Origin: Polyangiaceae bacterium
Lineage (GTDB): Bacteria > Myxococcota_A > Polyangia > Polyangiales > Polyangiaceae
Assembly (NCBI GenBank): GCA_965222375.1
Contig: CBDCTZ010000015.1
Location: 832,001 to 896,000, forward strand
Direction of reading: 5' to 3'
DNA length: 64,000 nt
Shown here: positions 1 to 10,078 of the stretch, in pieces
Position numbering within the stretch: the first letter of the stretch is position 1
Layout: each line of letters begins with the position of its first letter
The notes under the pieces: generated by a model
Seen by the model: the letters and a program-made list of their open reading frames with translations, nothing else
What the model was told of the DNA's origin: nothing
Database searches by the model: none
Position numbers and translations under genes: made by a program

Positions 1-940
1 TGTCTCGGTAGATCCCGACCTTCATATAGGTCCGCGGCGTAGCCGGCAGGTTGCAGTTGTCGAGCAGGAAGCGGTTCGCTCCCGTTTGGGAGTAGATCTT
101 CTCACCGTTGCGCCACGCTTCGATGATCCCATCGGCAGAGGTCGAAGGCCGGTACCGAAACACCCAATCGATCCACGCGCCCAGCTTGAAGGGCTCTTTC
201 CAGACCTGTTTCCCAATTGCAGCCGTGCCCGGTAGTTTGGTCTGGTCGGGGTTCACGACGACGTTTAGCCCCATCTGATCGCCGCTGGTCGTGACGGTGA
301 TCGAATTCTTGCCGGCATTGCATGACCAGTCCGCCTTTCCGTTCGGCAGCGCATGCGGGACCGCGTGGGTTTGGAACAGCGTGGACCACTTGGGCAATTG
401 GGCGCCCCAGTCCACGATGCGAAAGCTCAACCCGATCCAGTACTCCGTACCGTCGTGGAACGCGCCCTTGCCTCCCAGCGCCGTCAGCTCAGTCCTATAG
501 GGAACCTTGTCCGTCGGACCGACCTGCATCAACGCGGCAAACTGTCCACTTCGAACCGGTGACTTCACGACGGTCGTGGTGTCGTTGCCGGAGGCATTCC
601 ACCCGTCGAGGGTGCCCGACTCGAAATCCCCAACGAACTGCATCTTGCCGTTTGGCGCGCCAGCGCTACCGGCGGTACCCGCGCTGCCAGCGGAACCACC
701 GCTCGCTCCCGCTCCAGCAAAGCCGCCCTGTCCCGCTCCGGCTCCCTGTCCGGCTGTTCCGCCGCTGGCGCTCGCGCCGCCTGCGGAAGTGCCACCCGCT
801 CCTGCGCTCCCGCCAGCCCCAACCCCGGCACCACCCCCCGAGGCCGGCCCACCCCCGGCGTCATCAGAGCCACATGCACAAAGTGTGAGCGCAAACACGC
901 CAACCAGAGCAGAGAGTCTTCGCTGAGTCGATATGGACAT
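1..940 (-). CDS. Polysaccharide-lyase-like (jelly-roll) lipoprotein, 3' end runs off the window
   Basis: Hand-translated (not in ORF track): MSISTQRRLSALVGVFALTLCAC lipobox, Gly/Ala linker, then GDFESG..YRTEL..EYWIG..LFQTH..WIDWVF..DGIIEAWRNG..YMKVGIYRD. Tandem ATGs at 946/943/940. Paralog of 3152..4240. Confidence 0.8.
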   Translation of the reverse strand, partial: MSISTQRRLSALVGVFALTLCACGSDDAGGGPASGGGAGVGAGGSAGAGGTSAGGASASGGTAGQGAGAGQGGFAGAGASGGSAGSAGTAGSAGAPNGKMQFVGDFESGTLDGWNASGNDTTTVVKSPVRSGQFAALMQVGPTDKVPYRTELTALGGKGAFHDGTEYWIGLSFRIVDWGAQLPKWSTLFQTHAVPHALPNGKADWSCNAGKNSITVTTSGDQMGLNVVVNPDQTKLPGTAAIGKQVWKEPFKLGAWIDWVFRYRPSTSADGIIEAWRNGEKIYSQTGANRFLLDNCNLPATPRTYMKVGIYRD

Positions 941-954
941 CATCATTGCGGTTC

Positions 955-970
955 TGCAATCGACATGCCA
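955..970 (-). promoter_or_regulatory. sigma54 -24/-12 promoter
   Basis: Minus strand TGGCATGTCGATTGCA, GG-N10-GC, close to consensus TGGCACG-N4-TTGCW. Confidence 0.75.
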
Positions 971-1032
971 GCCCATGGGAGCGCGGCGTGCGGCGATTTC
1001 TTCATGCAATCATGACTCGAAGTGGCCTTCGC

Positions 1033-1056
1033 GTCACGAAGTGACATGCAGGTCAC
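1033..1056 (-). promoter_or_regulatory. Candidate bEBP upstream activating sequence
   Basis: Minus strand GTGAC-CTGCAT-GTCAC-TTC-GTGAC, same layout as 3040..3063. Confidence 0.55.
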
Positions 1057-1331
1057 TGGGTGCAAGGGTGGCGGGAGCGCGCCAGGACACCGTTCAGTTT
1101 CGACCGAAACGCCCCGTTGCTTCTCCCCCGGCTCCCCCGCCTGCGTCGCCCGGTGCTCGACCGCTCACCACGATGGCGCCGGCGTCACGCGCCGACTCGC
1201 CTGCCGCCCCTTGCCAAGCAGGTCGTGGTAGCTATCGGAGCTTTCCTGATACGGGCGCGTTTTGCCACGACCAGTGCCATAAGCCGGCGTACATGCGCTG
1301 CGCAAGTGGATACCGTTCTCGTGTGGCCGAT

Positions 1332-2612
1332 TCACTTTGCGACTTTTAGGATCCGCCCTGTGCCATGGTCTGTAAAGTATACCGCCACTTCATCGACGGC
1401 GAGGTACCGCGGCTTCGCTCCGGCACCCGAATAGAGCTTGACCGGCGGCGCCGGATTCTTTGACGCGTCGTGGTTTTTTGCGAGCCGGTAGACGTAGCCG
1501 GCGCTGTCGTCGCTGGCAGCCCAATAAATGTTCTTCTCGTCAACCGCAGCATACGCGGCAGGTTCTTCGGTCACGGCCAGTGTGTCGATCTTCGTGGTGG
1601 CAATGTTGTACCGGCTGATTCGACCGAGACCTGTATCGGCGCTCGACCAGAAAACCATCTTTGAGTCGGAGATTACGCTAAACACAGCACCCTGGCCGGT
1701 TGCCACCTGTTGGCCGGCGGACGTATTCGGCGACGCGGTCTTGGCGATGCGCCGCACTTGGCCATCGGCCAGCTTGTCGCCGCCACTCCAATACACGTTG
1801 CTGCCATCCACCGTCAGTCCCAGGGGCAGCACCTGGGCTGTGGTCAACTTGACGGACGTCGCACCGACCTTCTTCGGCGCGCGCCAGACAAAGCCGGTGT
1901 CGTCTGATTGTGTGAAATAGATGAAGCCGCTGTCGATCGCCAACCCGCCGGTTTTTACTCCCGGGCTGAGCACAGTTTCCGCCGGTGCGGAGCCGTCGGC
2001 AAGGACCCGTTCGACGGTATGCCCCTTTCGAGTGGTGAAATAGACGTAGCCCCCGTCCATCACCAGGAACCACGTCCAAGGGTAACCGCTAGCGAGCGAA
2101 ATCCGCCCAGCCCCGTCAACTTTGCTGGCACGGTCGATGTAGCCGTCTACGGAATCCGAGAAGTATATAGAGGTAGCGTCCACTGCGACGCCCCAAGGAG
2201 CGGCCAGGGCGGAAAGCAGGACAATGCCTTCACATACGCCCGCAGTGCATGCGGCGCCCAAGCACTCTCGCCCACACTCTCCGCAGTTGCCGTCAACATC
2301 GAGCCGAACTTCGCAGCCGTTGTCATCTCTGTCGTCGCAGTTGCCGTACCCGGGGTTACAGCTCGTAACAACGCAGGAACCCGAGGTGCAGGAACCCGTC
2401 GCGTGATTAGGGGAGCAAGCACAACCCGCACCTCCACCGCTGCCAGAGCTCCCCCCCGTACTACCGGCGCCGCCGCCCAAGCCCGAGTCTGTTGCGTGGG
2501 CGGGCGCTGGCGGTGGCAGCTCGTCCGCACACGCCCATAGCCCCATGCTCAGAGACACGGTAGGAATCAACCTAGAGTACGGCCCCATGCTCGTTGACGA
2601 AGTATGCCACAC
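1332..2612 (-). CDS. Lipoprotein: Gly linker, Cys-rich repeat, beta-propeller (YWTD/DUF5050-like)
   Basis: LWAC lipobox, NGCE..NCGECG Cys motif, repeated (L/V)AVDxxxIY(F/W) blades. True start probably about 2590. Paralog of 11754..13034. Confidence 0.8.
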   Translation of the reverse strand: MWHTSSTSMGPYSRLIPTVSLSMGLWACADELPPPAPAHATDSGLGGGAGSTGGSSGSGGGAGCACSPNHATGSCTSGSCVVTSCNPGYGNCDDRDDNGCEVRLDVDGNCGECGRECLGAACTAGVCEGIVLLSALAAPWGVAVDATSIYFSDSVDGYIDRASKVDGAGRISLASGYPWTWFLVMDGGYVYFTTRKGHTVERVLADGSAPAETVLSPGVKTGGLAIDSGFIYFTQSDDTGFVWRAPKKVGATSVKLTTAQVLPLGLTVDGSNVYWSGGDKLADGQVRRIAKTASPNTSAGQQVATGQGAVFSVISDSKMVFWSSADTGLGRISRYNIATTKIDTLAVTEEPAAYAAVDEKNIYWAASDDSAGYVYRLAKNHDASKNPAPPVKLYSGAGAKPRYLAVDEVAVYFTDHGTGRILKVAK

Positions 2613-3039
2613 TCCGCGTCATGCGTCGGTCGAGTTCAGCTCGTCTTGCACGGAAGGTCGTGCGCGAACCAGCAGGACGCTTCGTGGCACGGGATGCATG
2701 GCCAACAAGGACCTGGCCTGGTGCGTTCCCTGGACGAACGCCACTGGCGGAATCCTCGTTGGCCTCCGGACCGGTGGAGCGCGCTCCTCGAGCCAGAGGT
2801 CAGGAGGCTGCTCATAGGCACTCAGGTTGCAGGTCGGTGCCTCGGGATGACGTGGAGGTCACCAAGTCGCATTGGCGATACTCCAGTCGCGCGTCGAAGG
2901 GGGTGAACTCCTCAAGAATCAGCGCCTCCACCGGCGGGTTTGCCCTCCTCGCAGCCAGTCCCCACACCGACTACAAGCAGCCCGGAACGCCACACACGCG
3001 TTGTCGCAGTTCAAGTACCCGACACGCGGGGGGCGGCTA

Positions 3040-3063
3040 GTGACCCGATTGTCACCGCGTGAC
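3040..3063 (+). promoter_or_regulatory. Candidate bEBP upstream activating sequence
   Basis: GTGAC-CCGATT-GTCAC-CGC-GTGAC, 57 nt upstream of the sigma54 box. Confidence 0.55.
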
Positions 3064-3120
3064 TCCGACTCCCAACCTGGATCAGGGGCAGAACCCCAAC
3101 ATACGCCACCTGTGAGCAGC

Positions 3121-3136
3121 CGGCACGCTCATTGCT
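3121..3136 (+). promoter_or_regulatory. sigma54 -24/-12 promoter
   Basis: CGGCACGCTCATTGCT, GG-N10-GC. Confidence 0.75.
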
Positions 3137-3151
3137 TGCCAATTTGGAGCA

Positions 3152-4240
3152 ATGCAAGAATCAAATACTCGACGCAGCCCGGTGCTGATGGCAGCAGCGC
3201 TGGTGCTTATGGCCTGCAGTTCCGACGACCAGGCTGGGTCCACGGGGGCAGGTGGTGGAAGCGGCGGCAGCGCCGCCGGGCCATCGGCGGGGGCAGCGGG
3301 CGGTGGAAACTCAGCTGGCGGCGGAGGCGTGGCTGGAACGAGTGGTGACGCAGGCAGTGGAAACTCAGCTGGCGGAGGAGGCGTGGCTGGAACGAGTGGT
3401 GCCGCGGGCAGTGGCAATGCCGGAGGCGTCCCCAGCGCGGGTGGATCTGCGGGCAGCGGCGGCCTGGCTGGCAATGGGGGTTCCTCGGCTGCCGCCCCGC
3501 CCAACGGCATGAAACTGATCTTTGCTGACGGTTTCGAATCGGGAACATTGGCCTGGGGGTTCTCGGGCAACAAGGACACCCACCTCGTTGCGTCGCCAAC
3601 CCGGGCTGGAAAGTACGCGGTCGAAATGGCGCTGACAGACTCCAGCCTGATCGACTACCGCTCGGAAATAGTGAACCGAGGAGGGGGCGCGTATGTCCTG
3701 AAGTGGGGGAAGGAGTACTGGATGCGTTTTAGCAACCTGCTGGCTCAGTGGCCGTCGAGCGGCGCAGCGAGCAACGGAATCATCTGGCAGCTCCATGGAA
3801 CACCTGCGGACTGGAGCAAGAAGTGCGACCCGACAAAGCACCTCATACCCGGGGGAAAGGCTTGGAGGTACGCCAACCTCGTCTATATCTCTACAAGAGA
3901 TGGCAACCTGCGGGCCAAGGTCCAGGGGACTGGCACGACTCCGACGACCAAGGGTACTGACTGGAACTTCGGTCAATTCACCCTGGGCAAGTGGAACGAC
4001 TGGGTCGTTCACTTCAGGTTGTCCCTGAACAGCGACGGCTTCTTCAAGGTCTACCTAGACGGAAAACTGGTAGCCGAACAGAACGGCAAGAATGTGGACG
4101 CCGCGAATATCTGTGGCTACCCGCACCTACCTGAGCACTATTTCAAGATCGGAATCTACAACGTGGCACGCAAAGGACACACCGCGCCACTTCCCCCACA
4201 GGTGATCGACTACGACGAGTTCGCTCTGTACGGCAAATAG
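3152..4240 (+). CDS. Polysaccharide-lyase-like lipoprotein
   Basis: LMAC lipobox, Gly linker, DGFESG, YRSEI, EYWMRFS, IIWQLH, GKWNDWVVH, DGFFKVYLDG, YFKIGIY, IDYDE, typical of the Polysacc_lyase/heparin lyase I-like jelly-roll family. Confidence 0.8.
   Translation: MQESNTRRSPVLMAAALVLMACSSDDQAGSTGAGGGSGGSAAGPSAGAAGGGNSAGGGGVAGTSGDAGSGNSAGGGGVAGTSGAAGSGNAGGVPSAGGSAGSGGLAGNGGSSAAAPPNGMKLIFADGFESGTLAWGFSGNKDTHLVASPTRAGKYAVEMALTDSSLIDYRSEIVNRGGGAYVLKWGKEYWMRFSNLLAQWPSSGAASNGIIWQLHGTPADWSKKCDPTKHLIPGGKAWRYANLVYISTRDGNLRAKVQGTGTTPTTKGTDWNFGQFTLGKWNDWVVHFRLSLNSDGFFKVYLDGKLVAEQNGKNVDAANICGYPHLPEHYFKIGIYNVARKGHTAPLPPQVIDYDEFALYGK
3299..3406 (+). repeat. 54-bp in-frame tandem duplication in the Gly linker
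   Basis: Two near-identical copies encoding G(G/S)GNSAGGGGVAGTSG(D/A)A. Confidence 0.85.
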
Positions 4241-4400
4241 CGACGGGCTACCTCGGTTGCACTCCCCTTGTACCGGGCTCACCGGAGCGCGGCAGCCCCT
4301 TTCATGCCATCCTGACTCGAAGTGGGGAGACGACGACGGCGACTGCGCCAGAGACCGTACAATACGACCTCGCCTGCGAGCGTGTTTCTCAAGGCAAAGC

Positions 4401-5891
4401 TCAAAGGTCTTCGAAAAGGTCATCCTTGCGCTTAGCGGGACCGGGTGCCGGCGGGGCCTTGCGGATCGGGCGTGGCGCGAGTCGCGTCTTTGACGCCGAG
4501 GTCGACGGACCGACCGCGCTCACTGATGGGACTGGAGCGGGTTGCGAGTCGGCGGCGGGTGAAGCGACCCCCAACGGTATCGCGGCAACGAAACCGTTGG
4601 CATTCTGAAGCACACTGCGCAAACGAGGTGGCTTTTCACTCGAGCGGAGGAAGACGAGCACGCCGGACGCGCCCAGCGCTGCAGCGAGCACGACTCCGAC
4701 CGCTACGCGTCCGAATCTCGGTCGCGATTGCGTGTCACTAACCGCCGAAGCCAGCGTGCCTCCCGTCGCTTCTGGAGCATCCCCGAGTGGCCCCAGCGGG
4801 GCCCGCCCCGGTCCTCGCGCTTGCTGCAGCGCGACCGCTCGCGACCTGAAAGCGAGCTCCGTATCGTCGAGCTTGGCGTCCAGCTCTGCCCGCTCCTTCG
4901 CGAACAGCCCATCGAGCAGCTCCGCGAGGTCGCCTTCGTCGGACGAGAACCCGCTTTCCCTGACACAGGCGCGGAGTTCATCTGCGACATCTTTCGCCGT
5001 CGTGAACCTAGCTTTGGCAGACTGCTCTAGGCAGCGCAACGTGATAGCCGCAAGTCGTTCAGGTACGTCTGCCCGCAACTCTTGGGGGTTCTTCACAGAG
5101 CAGCGCAAGATCAATGCGACGGTTTCTCGTGGCGTGCCACCCTTGAACAAGCGCCGCCCGGTCAGTGCCTCCCACAGCAAGATCCCGAGGGCGAAGATGT
5201 CCGAGCGGCGATCCAGGGGTTCCGCACTCACCTGTTCTGGGGACATGTAAGCGAACTTGCCCTTGACCACGCCGGTGTGGGTGCTGGCCGTATTGGACAA
5301 CTTGGCGACGCCAAAGTCGGATACGAAGACTTGACCGCGGTAGGAGAGCAAGATGTTGTCTGGCGAGAGATCTCGATGGATCAGATTGAGAGGCGTTCCG
5401 CCCGCGTCTCGCAACTGGTGCGCCGCGTGCAGCCCATTGGCCGCCTGAATCATGACCCGAGCGATGATGCCGAGGGGGAGATGCCGCCTCTTTCGGCCCA
5501 GCGTAGCGAGCACCTTGCGCAAGGACTGGCCGCGGATGAGCTCCATCGCGATGAACAGCGAGCCTTGCTCTTCGCCGAGTTCGATGGTGCGCACGACGTT
5601 GGGGTGATCGAGCCGCGCAGTCACCCTGGCTTCCGAAAGGAACGCCTGAACATCGGCGTCGCCAGGGTTGCGGTTGAGCATCACCTTCACCGCCACGATG
5701 CGACCGATGCCTTCGCGGCCAACCACGCGACCTGCGTAGACCGCCCCCATGCCACCTGAAGCCAAAGGGAAGAGCAGCTCATAGCGGCCGAGGCGCGCCC
5801 CCGCCAAGTCGCCCGCCCCTCCGGACGTCGTCAGCCAGCTGTTCCCTTGGGAATCGCTGTTCGGTTTGCTTGCAGGCGTCGTCGGCTTCAC
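4401..5891 (-). CDS. Hanks-type Ser/Thr protein kinase with one TM segment
   Basis: GGMGAVY, VAVK, HRDLSPDN, DFG, YMSPEQ, SDIFALG, TM VAVGVVLAAALGASGVLVFL and Pro-rich tail. Confidence 0.95.
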   Translation of the reverse strand: MKPTTPASKPNSDSQGNSWLTTSGGAGDLAGARLGRYELLFPLASGGMGAVYAGRVVGREGIGRIVAVKVMLNRNPGDADVQAFLSEARVTARLDHPNVVRTIELGEEQGSLFIAMELIRGQSLRKVLATLGRKRRHLPLGIIARVMIQAANGLHAAHQLRDAGGTPLNLIHRDLSPDNILLSYRGQVFVSDFGVAKLSNTASTHTGVVKGKFAYMSPEQVSAEPLDRRSDIFALGILLWEALTGRRLFKGGTPRETVALILRCSVKNPQELRADVPERLAAITLRCLEQSAKARFTTAKDVADELRACVRESGFSSDEGDLAELLDGLFAKERAELDAKLDDTELAFRSRAVALQQARGPGRAPLGPLGDAPEATGGTLASAVSDTQSRPRFGRVAVGVVLAAALGASGVLVFLRSSEKPPRLRSVLQNANGFVAAIPLGVASPAADSQPAPVPSVSAVGPSTSASKTRLAPRPIRKAPPAPGPAKRKDDLFEDL

Positions 5892-5988
5892 GTTACACGG
5901 TCGCTAGGCTAGTGTAGCTGTCACCACGGGTTGCCGGCCACAAGGTCGCTTCTCGCCGCCTGGGCCCACCTTCCTCGCACGCTTTCCG

Positions 5989-7383
5989 ATGAGTCACAAA
6001 CCTCCTTCTCCCGGCACAGAATGGGGCTGGGATAGCGACGAGTCCCGCACCACGCGCGCGGCATCCACAGCGGATTTGCATAAGCTGGAAGTCACCCGGG
6101 CCGAGCTCGAAGTGCTCTCCGGACCCGACGCAGGAACGCGAGCGGCACTTGGTCCAGGCGGGCTGATCGTGGGTTCAGGGCCCAACTCGGATCTGCGCTT
6201 GCACGACGAGCAAGTCTCGAGACGCCACCTCGAATTGGTCGCGGAGCCACAAGGCGTACGCGTCGTCGACCTCGGAAGCACGAACGGCACCATCTTCGGT
6301 GGAGCACGGCTCGAGCGAGCGCTCTTCTTCCAGGACGCCATGCTGACAGTGGGCGGCACGTCCCTCGCGCTGCGGCTCAGCGCCGAGCCCTTGGAACTGA
6401 TGCTGTCACCTCGCCGGCAATTTGGTCAGGCGGTTGGTCTAAGCAGCGCGATGCGCCACGTCTTCTCGCTTTTGGAGCAAGCAGCCAACAGCGAAGTCAC
6501 GGTGCTGCTGGAAGGAGACTCGGGAACAGGCAAAGACGTGCTCGCGACGTCGCTGCACGAAGAGAGCGGGCGTCGCGATGGCCCGTTCGTGGTGGTGGAC
6601 TGCGCGGCGTTGCCGGAAAACTTGGCCGAGAGCGAGCTGTTCGGCCACGAGCGGGGCGCGTTCACGGGTGCGGTTCAGGCGCATGCAGGTGCCTTCGAAC
6701 AAGCTCATGGCGGAACTTTGTTCTTGGACGAGGTCGGTGAACTCACCGCCACCGTACAGCCCAAGCTGCTGCGTGCCCTCGAGAATCGAAGCTTTCGGCG
6801 CATCGGCGGAAACCGCAAAGTAGATGTGGACGTGCGAGTTGTTGCCGCCACCAATCGCGGGCTGGCCGAAGCGGTGCGCTCGGGCACGTTCCGACAGGAC
6901 CTCTATTACCGGCTTTCCGTACTCAAGGTGCACGTACCTCCTTTGGCGGACCGCCCGGAGGACATCCCTGCGCTTGCCGAGCTCTTTCTTCGCCGGGTGC
7001 GCGGCCAACAGGAAGCGACCATCCCACCGGAGCTGTCCGAATTGCTCTCGTCCTACAACTGGCCGGGCAACGCGCGAGAGCTTCGCAATGTCGTCGAGCG
7101 TTTCGCGACCTTCAACCGCGCAGACCCGACACTCCTATTCGACAACAGCCCTCGGACTCCGCAAGCACCTGCTTCCATGCTGAACGCGGACGCTCTGTCC
7201 CGGCTGCCCTACCACGAAGCGAAACGCGAACTCATCGACGCCTACCACCGAGGCGTGCTGCCCCAAGTCATCGAACGCGCTGGATCCGTCGCTGCTGCCG
7301 CGGAGGTCTTGGGGCTGCCCAAAGCAAGCCTGTATCGAATGTTGCGACAAATGAAAGAGGACGGGACCCCTGCCGATGGCTAA
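5989..7383 (+). CDS. sigma54-dependent enhancer-binding protein with N-terminal FHA domain
   Basis: FHA (VGS..VSRRH..DLGSTNGT), GDSGTGKD, ESELFGHERGAFTGA, FLDEVGE, RQDLYYRL, WPGNAREL, C-terminal HTH. Confidence 0.95.
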   Translation: MSHKPPSPGTEWGWDSDESRTTRAASTADLHKLEVTRAELEVLSGPDAGTRAALGPGGLIVGSGPNSDLRLHDEQVSRRHLELVAEPQGVRVVDLGSTNGTIFGGARLERALFFQDAMLTVGGTSLALRLSAEPLELMLSPRRQFGQAVGLSSAMRHVFSLLEQAANSEVTVLLEGDSGTGKDVLATSLHEESGRRDGPFVVVDCAALPENLAESELFGHERGAFTGAVQAHAGAFEQAHGGTLFLDEVGELTATVQPKLLRALENRSFRRIGGNRKVDVDVRVVAATNRGLAEAVRSGTFRQDLYYRLSVLKVHVPPLADRPEDIPALAELFLRRVRGQQEATIPPELSELLSSYNWPGNARELRNVVERFATFNRADPTLLFDNSPRTPQAPASMLNADALSRLPYHEAKRELIDAYHRGVLPQVIERAGSVAAAAEVLGLPKASLYRMLRQMKEDGTPADG

Positions 7384-8380
7384 GCGCAAGCTCGTGACTC
7401 GGACCATGCGCTGCTACCTTGCCAGCATAGCGCTCGCGCTACTCGTGCCTAACTACGCCAGGGCCGAGTGTAAACAAGAAGATCGCGAGACCGAGGCCAC
7501 GGCATTTCGCCAAGGGCTCGCGAAGTTTCGAGACGGGGATACCACCGGCGCGGTCGAGATCTGGCAAGGCCTACTCAAAACCCTCGGCACCGAGTGTGGC
7601 TGGAAGGTGCTGTTCAATCTCGGGCGGGGTTACGAACGGCTGGGCGATCCGACCCGAGCCATCGAGTCTTATGAGGCATTTGTCGAAGCCGTGAACAAGC
7701 AAACCAAGCTGAGCGACAAGGAGCGCAAGGTCAAGAGCGCGGCCGAGTCGAGCATCGCTGCCCTCAAGGCCAAATACGGAGCCATCTTCGTCGCAGCGCC
7801 GTCGAGTGGTGTCGTTTGGGTGCGTGTCGGCCTGGGTGAACCGCAGCCAGCGGGCTTCACGCTCTACGTCGCTCCCGGGACTCATGAAGTCGAGCTCTTT
7901 TCCCGCACGCCCAACGCGGAAAAGCAGACCATCCAGGTCGTGGCCGGTCAGGTGGCAACGATAACGATTCCGGAGTCGACCGCTGCGCCAACTCCCGCTC
8001 CCACCGCGCCCGCACAGAAGGACACGTTGCCAAGCCCGCAACCCGAACCTCGGTCCTTTCCGACGGCCTTGGTAGCCATTGGCTCTGGGCTCACCGTGGC
8101 CGCAGCCGGCACCAGCGTTTTTCTCTACACGCGGCAATCCTCTAAACGCGAGGATGCAGAGGCGCTTCCGCGCACCGACCCCAAGTACGCGCAATTGCGA
8201 GACGAGCACCAGGACGCACGCACCGTCTACCACGTGGGCCTAGTCGTAACCGGCGTGTTCGCGACCGCTACTACCGCAGTAGTGCTCGCCCACGTCTTGG
8301 GCAGCGACGATTCACCGACCCATGTCCAAGCCGGCATAGCCCCCGGAGCCGCTAGCCTCGGGCTGTCTGGGCAATTCTGA
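7376..8380 (+). CDS. Secreted TPR / PEGA-like protein with C-terminal hydrophobic segments
   Basis: Signal peptide, TPR (VLFNLGRGYERLG..AIESYEAF), PEGA-like VAPGTHEVEL, C-terminal LSGQF. Overlaps the bEBP stop. Confidence 0.8.
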   Translation: MAKRKLVTRTMRCYLASIALALLVPNYARAECKQEDRETEATAFRQGLAKFRDGDTTGAVEIWQGLLKTLGTECGWKVLFNLGRGYERLGDPTRAIESYEAFVEAVNKQTKLSDKERKVKSAAESSIAALKAKYGAIFVAAPSSGVVWVRVGLGEPQPAGFTLYVAPGTHEVELFSRTPNAEKQTIQVVAGQVATITIPESTAAPTPAPTAPAQKDTLPSPQPEPRSFPTALVAIGSGLTVAAAGTSVFLYTRQSSKREDAEALPRTDPKYAQLRDEHQDARTVYHVGLVVTGVFATATTAVVLAHVLGSDDSPTHVQAGIAPGAASLGLSGQF

Positions 8381-8504
8381 AGACGTCACCAACACGGACG
8401 ACTTGGCCGCCCTCGCCATGCGCGGCCCGTGGCGAGAGTCGTGGCCCAAGGTGAAACAGTGAAGCGACCCCCAAACCCAAAAGGATCGCAGGTGAGCCTC
8501 TAGC

Positions 8505-8924
8505 TCACCCCGGCGCACCAGGCGGCCCACCTGGAGGAGGCGCTCCACCTGGCGGGCCCGCGGGGGGAGCCATGGGATCTGGAGTCGCTTCTTTGACCTT
8601 GGTGCTGTAGCGCCTGAAGCTCATGCCCGTCCCCACGCCCGCGCCAACGGCGACGAGCAGCATGACGACGCCCGCGCCAAAACCGACCACCCCGTAGGTC
8701 TTGTAGCTATTCGCTTTGCGCTGGTAGTAGCTCGGACCGAGGATACTGTAGCGGCTGTAGCGCGCCAGGCTGGCCCGGCGCTCGTAATAGTTGCCGCGAT
8801 CGAAGAAGTAGGCACCACCGCCACAGGAACCGCAGGACATCAGAGCTATGAAGATGGTTCCGCATCCGATGAGGAAGTGCACCGGGAAGGGCTTCGATGG
8901 GGGCGGCACCTGGGATTGCGTCAT
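8505..8924 (-). CDS. Small membrane protein (2 TM, Tyr-rich loop, Pro/Gly tail)
   Basis: ATG 8924 (MTQSQVPPP); two hydrophobic stretches in the C-terminal part of ORF 8505..9194. Confidence 0.6.
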   Translation of the reverse strand: MTQSQVPPPSKPFPVHFLIGCGTIFIALMSCGSCGGGAYFFDRGNYYERRASLARYSRYSILGPSYYQRKANSYKTYGVVGFGAGVVMLLVAVGAGVGTGMSFRRYSTKVKEATPDPMAPPAGPPGGAPPPGGPPGAPG

Positions 8925-9205
8925 GGGATCATGCGCGTAAGCCAAGTGTATGCGATTCGTCAAGGTGTAGGGCGTACGCTCCAACGGATTTGAGGCCCGC
9001 GAGCAGTCTACCCGGTGCCGTACGCGCTCGCTGCGAGCGTCGACCACAGCTCCAACTCGACTACTTGCTCCCGTCCGCGGCCAGCAGCGCCCCGGCGGAT
9101 GGCAACATTTCTCTTCCAGGATCCGGCAATCGAGCCCGCGGATCGGAAGCTGGCCGCTGCCAAAAGCGACCACTGCTGCTGTGGGCGGCCCCACCGCTCT
9201 GATAT

Positions 9206-9982
9206 GTGTCAGCCATCGTGCCGTTTCGAGACAAGAACGTCGCGCTCGGTTCCCGAGTCGACAATCTAGAGCAGGAAGTCGAAGCGCTCCGCCAGGAAAA
9301 CGACGAGCTCAAGGCGGACCTCTCGCTCCGAACCGCTTCCGCGCCGCGTCGCACCTGGACCGTTCCAGCAGCAATAGCCGGTCTGATCATCGTCAGCATC
9401 GTCGTAGGCGGCGGCCCGGCGGTTATCCTCGTGCCATTGGCGGCATTGCTGGTCACTGTAGCAGCGTTGTTCTTCGTCATGTCCCAGCTGCTCTACGTCG
9501 CCGCACCCAACGAAGTTCTGGTGATCTCTGGCCGCCGGACTCGCGGCGTGGATGGGTCGCTGCGCGGATATCGAACCGTGCGTGGTGGCCGCGCGCTGAA
9601 GCTGCCGCTCCTCGAGCAGGTTGAGCGCATGAGCTTGGCGAACATCTCGCTGAAGGTCACGATTCAGGGCGCCTACTCGAAGAGTGGCGCAGTGAACGTC
9701 TCCGCACACGCCGTCGTGCGCATCGCCAATGCCGATCCCTTGCTCAGCAATGCCGTCGAGCGCTTCCTTGGCCAAAGCCGCCAGCAAGTTGCTGACGTCG
9801 CGGAGCAGACCTTGGAGGGCGCCCTGCGCACGGTGGTGTCGCAGCTGACGCTAGACGAACTCGTCAGCGATGGCTTGAAGGTGGCACACGTGGTCATCGA
9901 GGAGGCGGACGAGGACTTCCGCACCTTGGGGCTCGAACTCGATGTATTCAAGATTGCCCAGGTGAGCGCTGCCGACAGCTGA
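9206..9982 (+). CDS. SPFH/flotillin-domain membrane protein
   Basis: PNEVLVISGR, V.GG..LP.LEQ, NAVERFLG, TLEGALRTVVSQLT, LGLELDVFKI. Confidence 0.85.
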   Translation: MSAIVPFRDKNVALGSRVDNLEQEVEALRQENDELKADLSLRTASAPRRTWTVPAAIAGLIIVSIVVGGGPAVILVPLAALLVTVAALFFVMSQLLYVAAPNEVLVISGRRTRGVDGSLRGYRTVRGGRALKLPLLEQVERMSLANISLKVTIQGAYSKSGAVNVSAHAVVRIANADPLLSNAVERFLGQSRQQVADVAEQTLEGALRTVVSQLTLDELVSDGLKVAHVVIEEADEDFRTLGLELDVFKIAQVSAADS

Positions 9983-10078
9983 GCCACCTTTGCGCCACGA
10001 GCGTAGCTGATCCAACTTGCCGCTGATCTCCCCTGAGCCGCGTTTGAGAGCTGCGCCTCCCGTGCTAGATGCGGGCCC

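Noticed and set aside
2685..2700. TGGCACGGGATGCA as a sigma54 promoter
   Set aside because: GG-to-GC spacing is 8, not 10. TGGCATGATTTGC near 16750 (8) and CGGCACAACGCTGC near 46545 (9) were rejected for the same reason.
2613..3039. Possible gene remnant in the intergenic region
   Set aside because: Only short frames with no recognisable motif.
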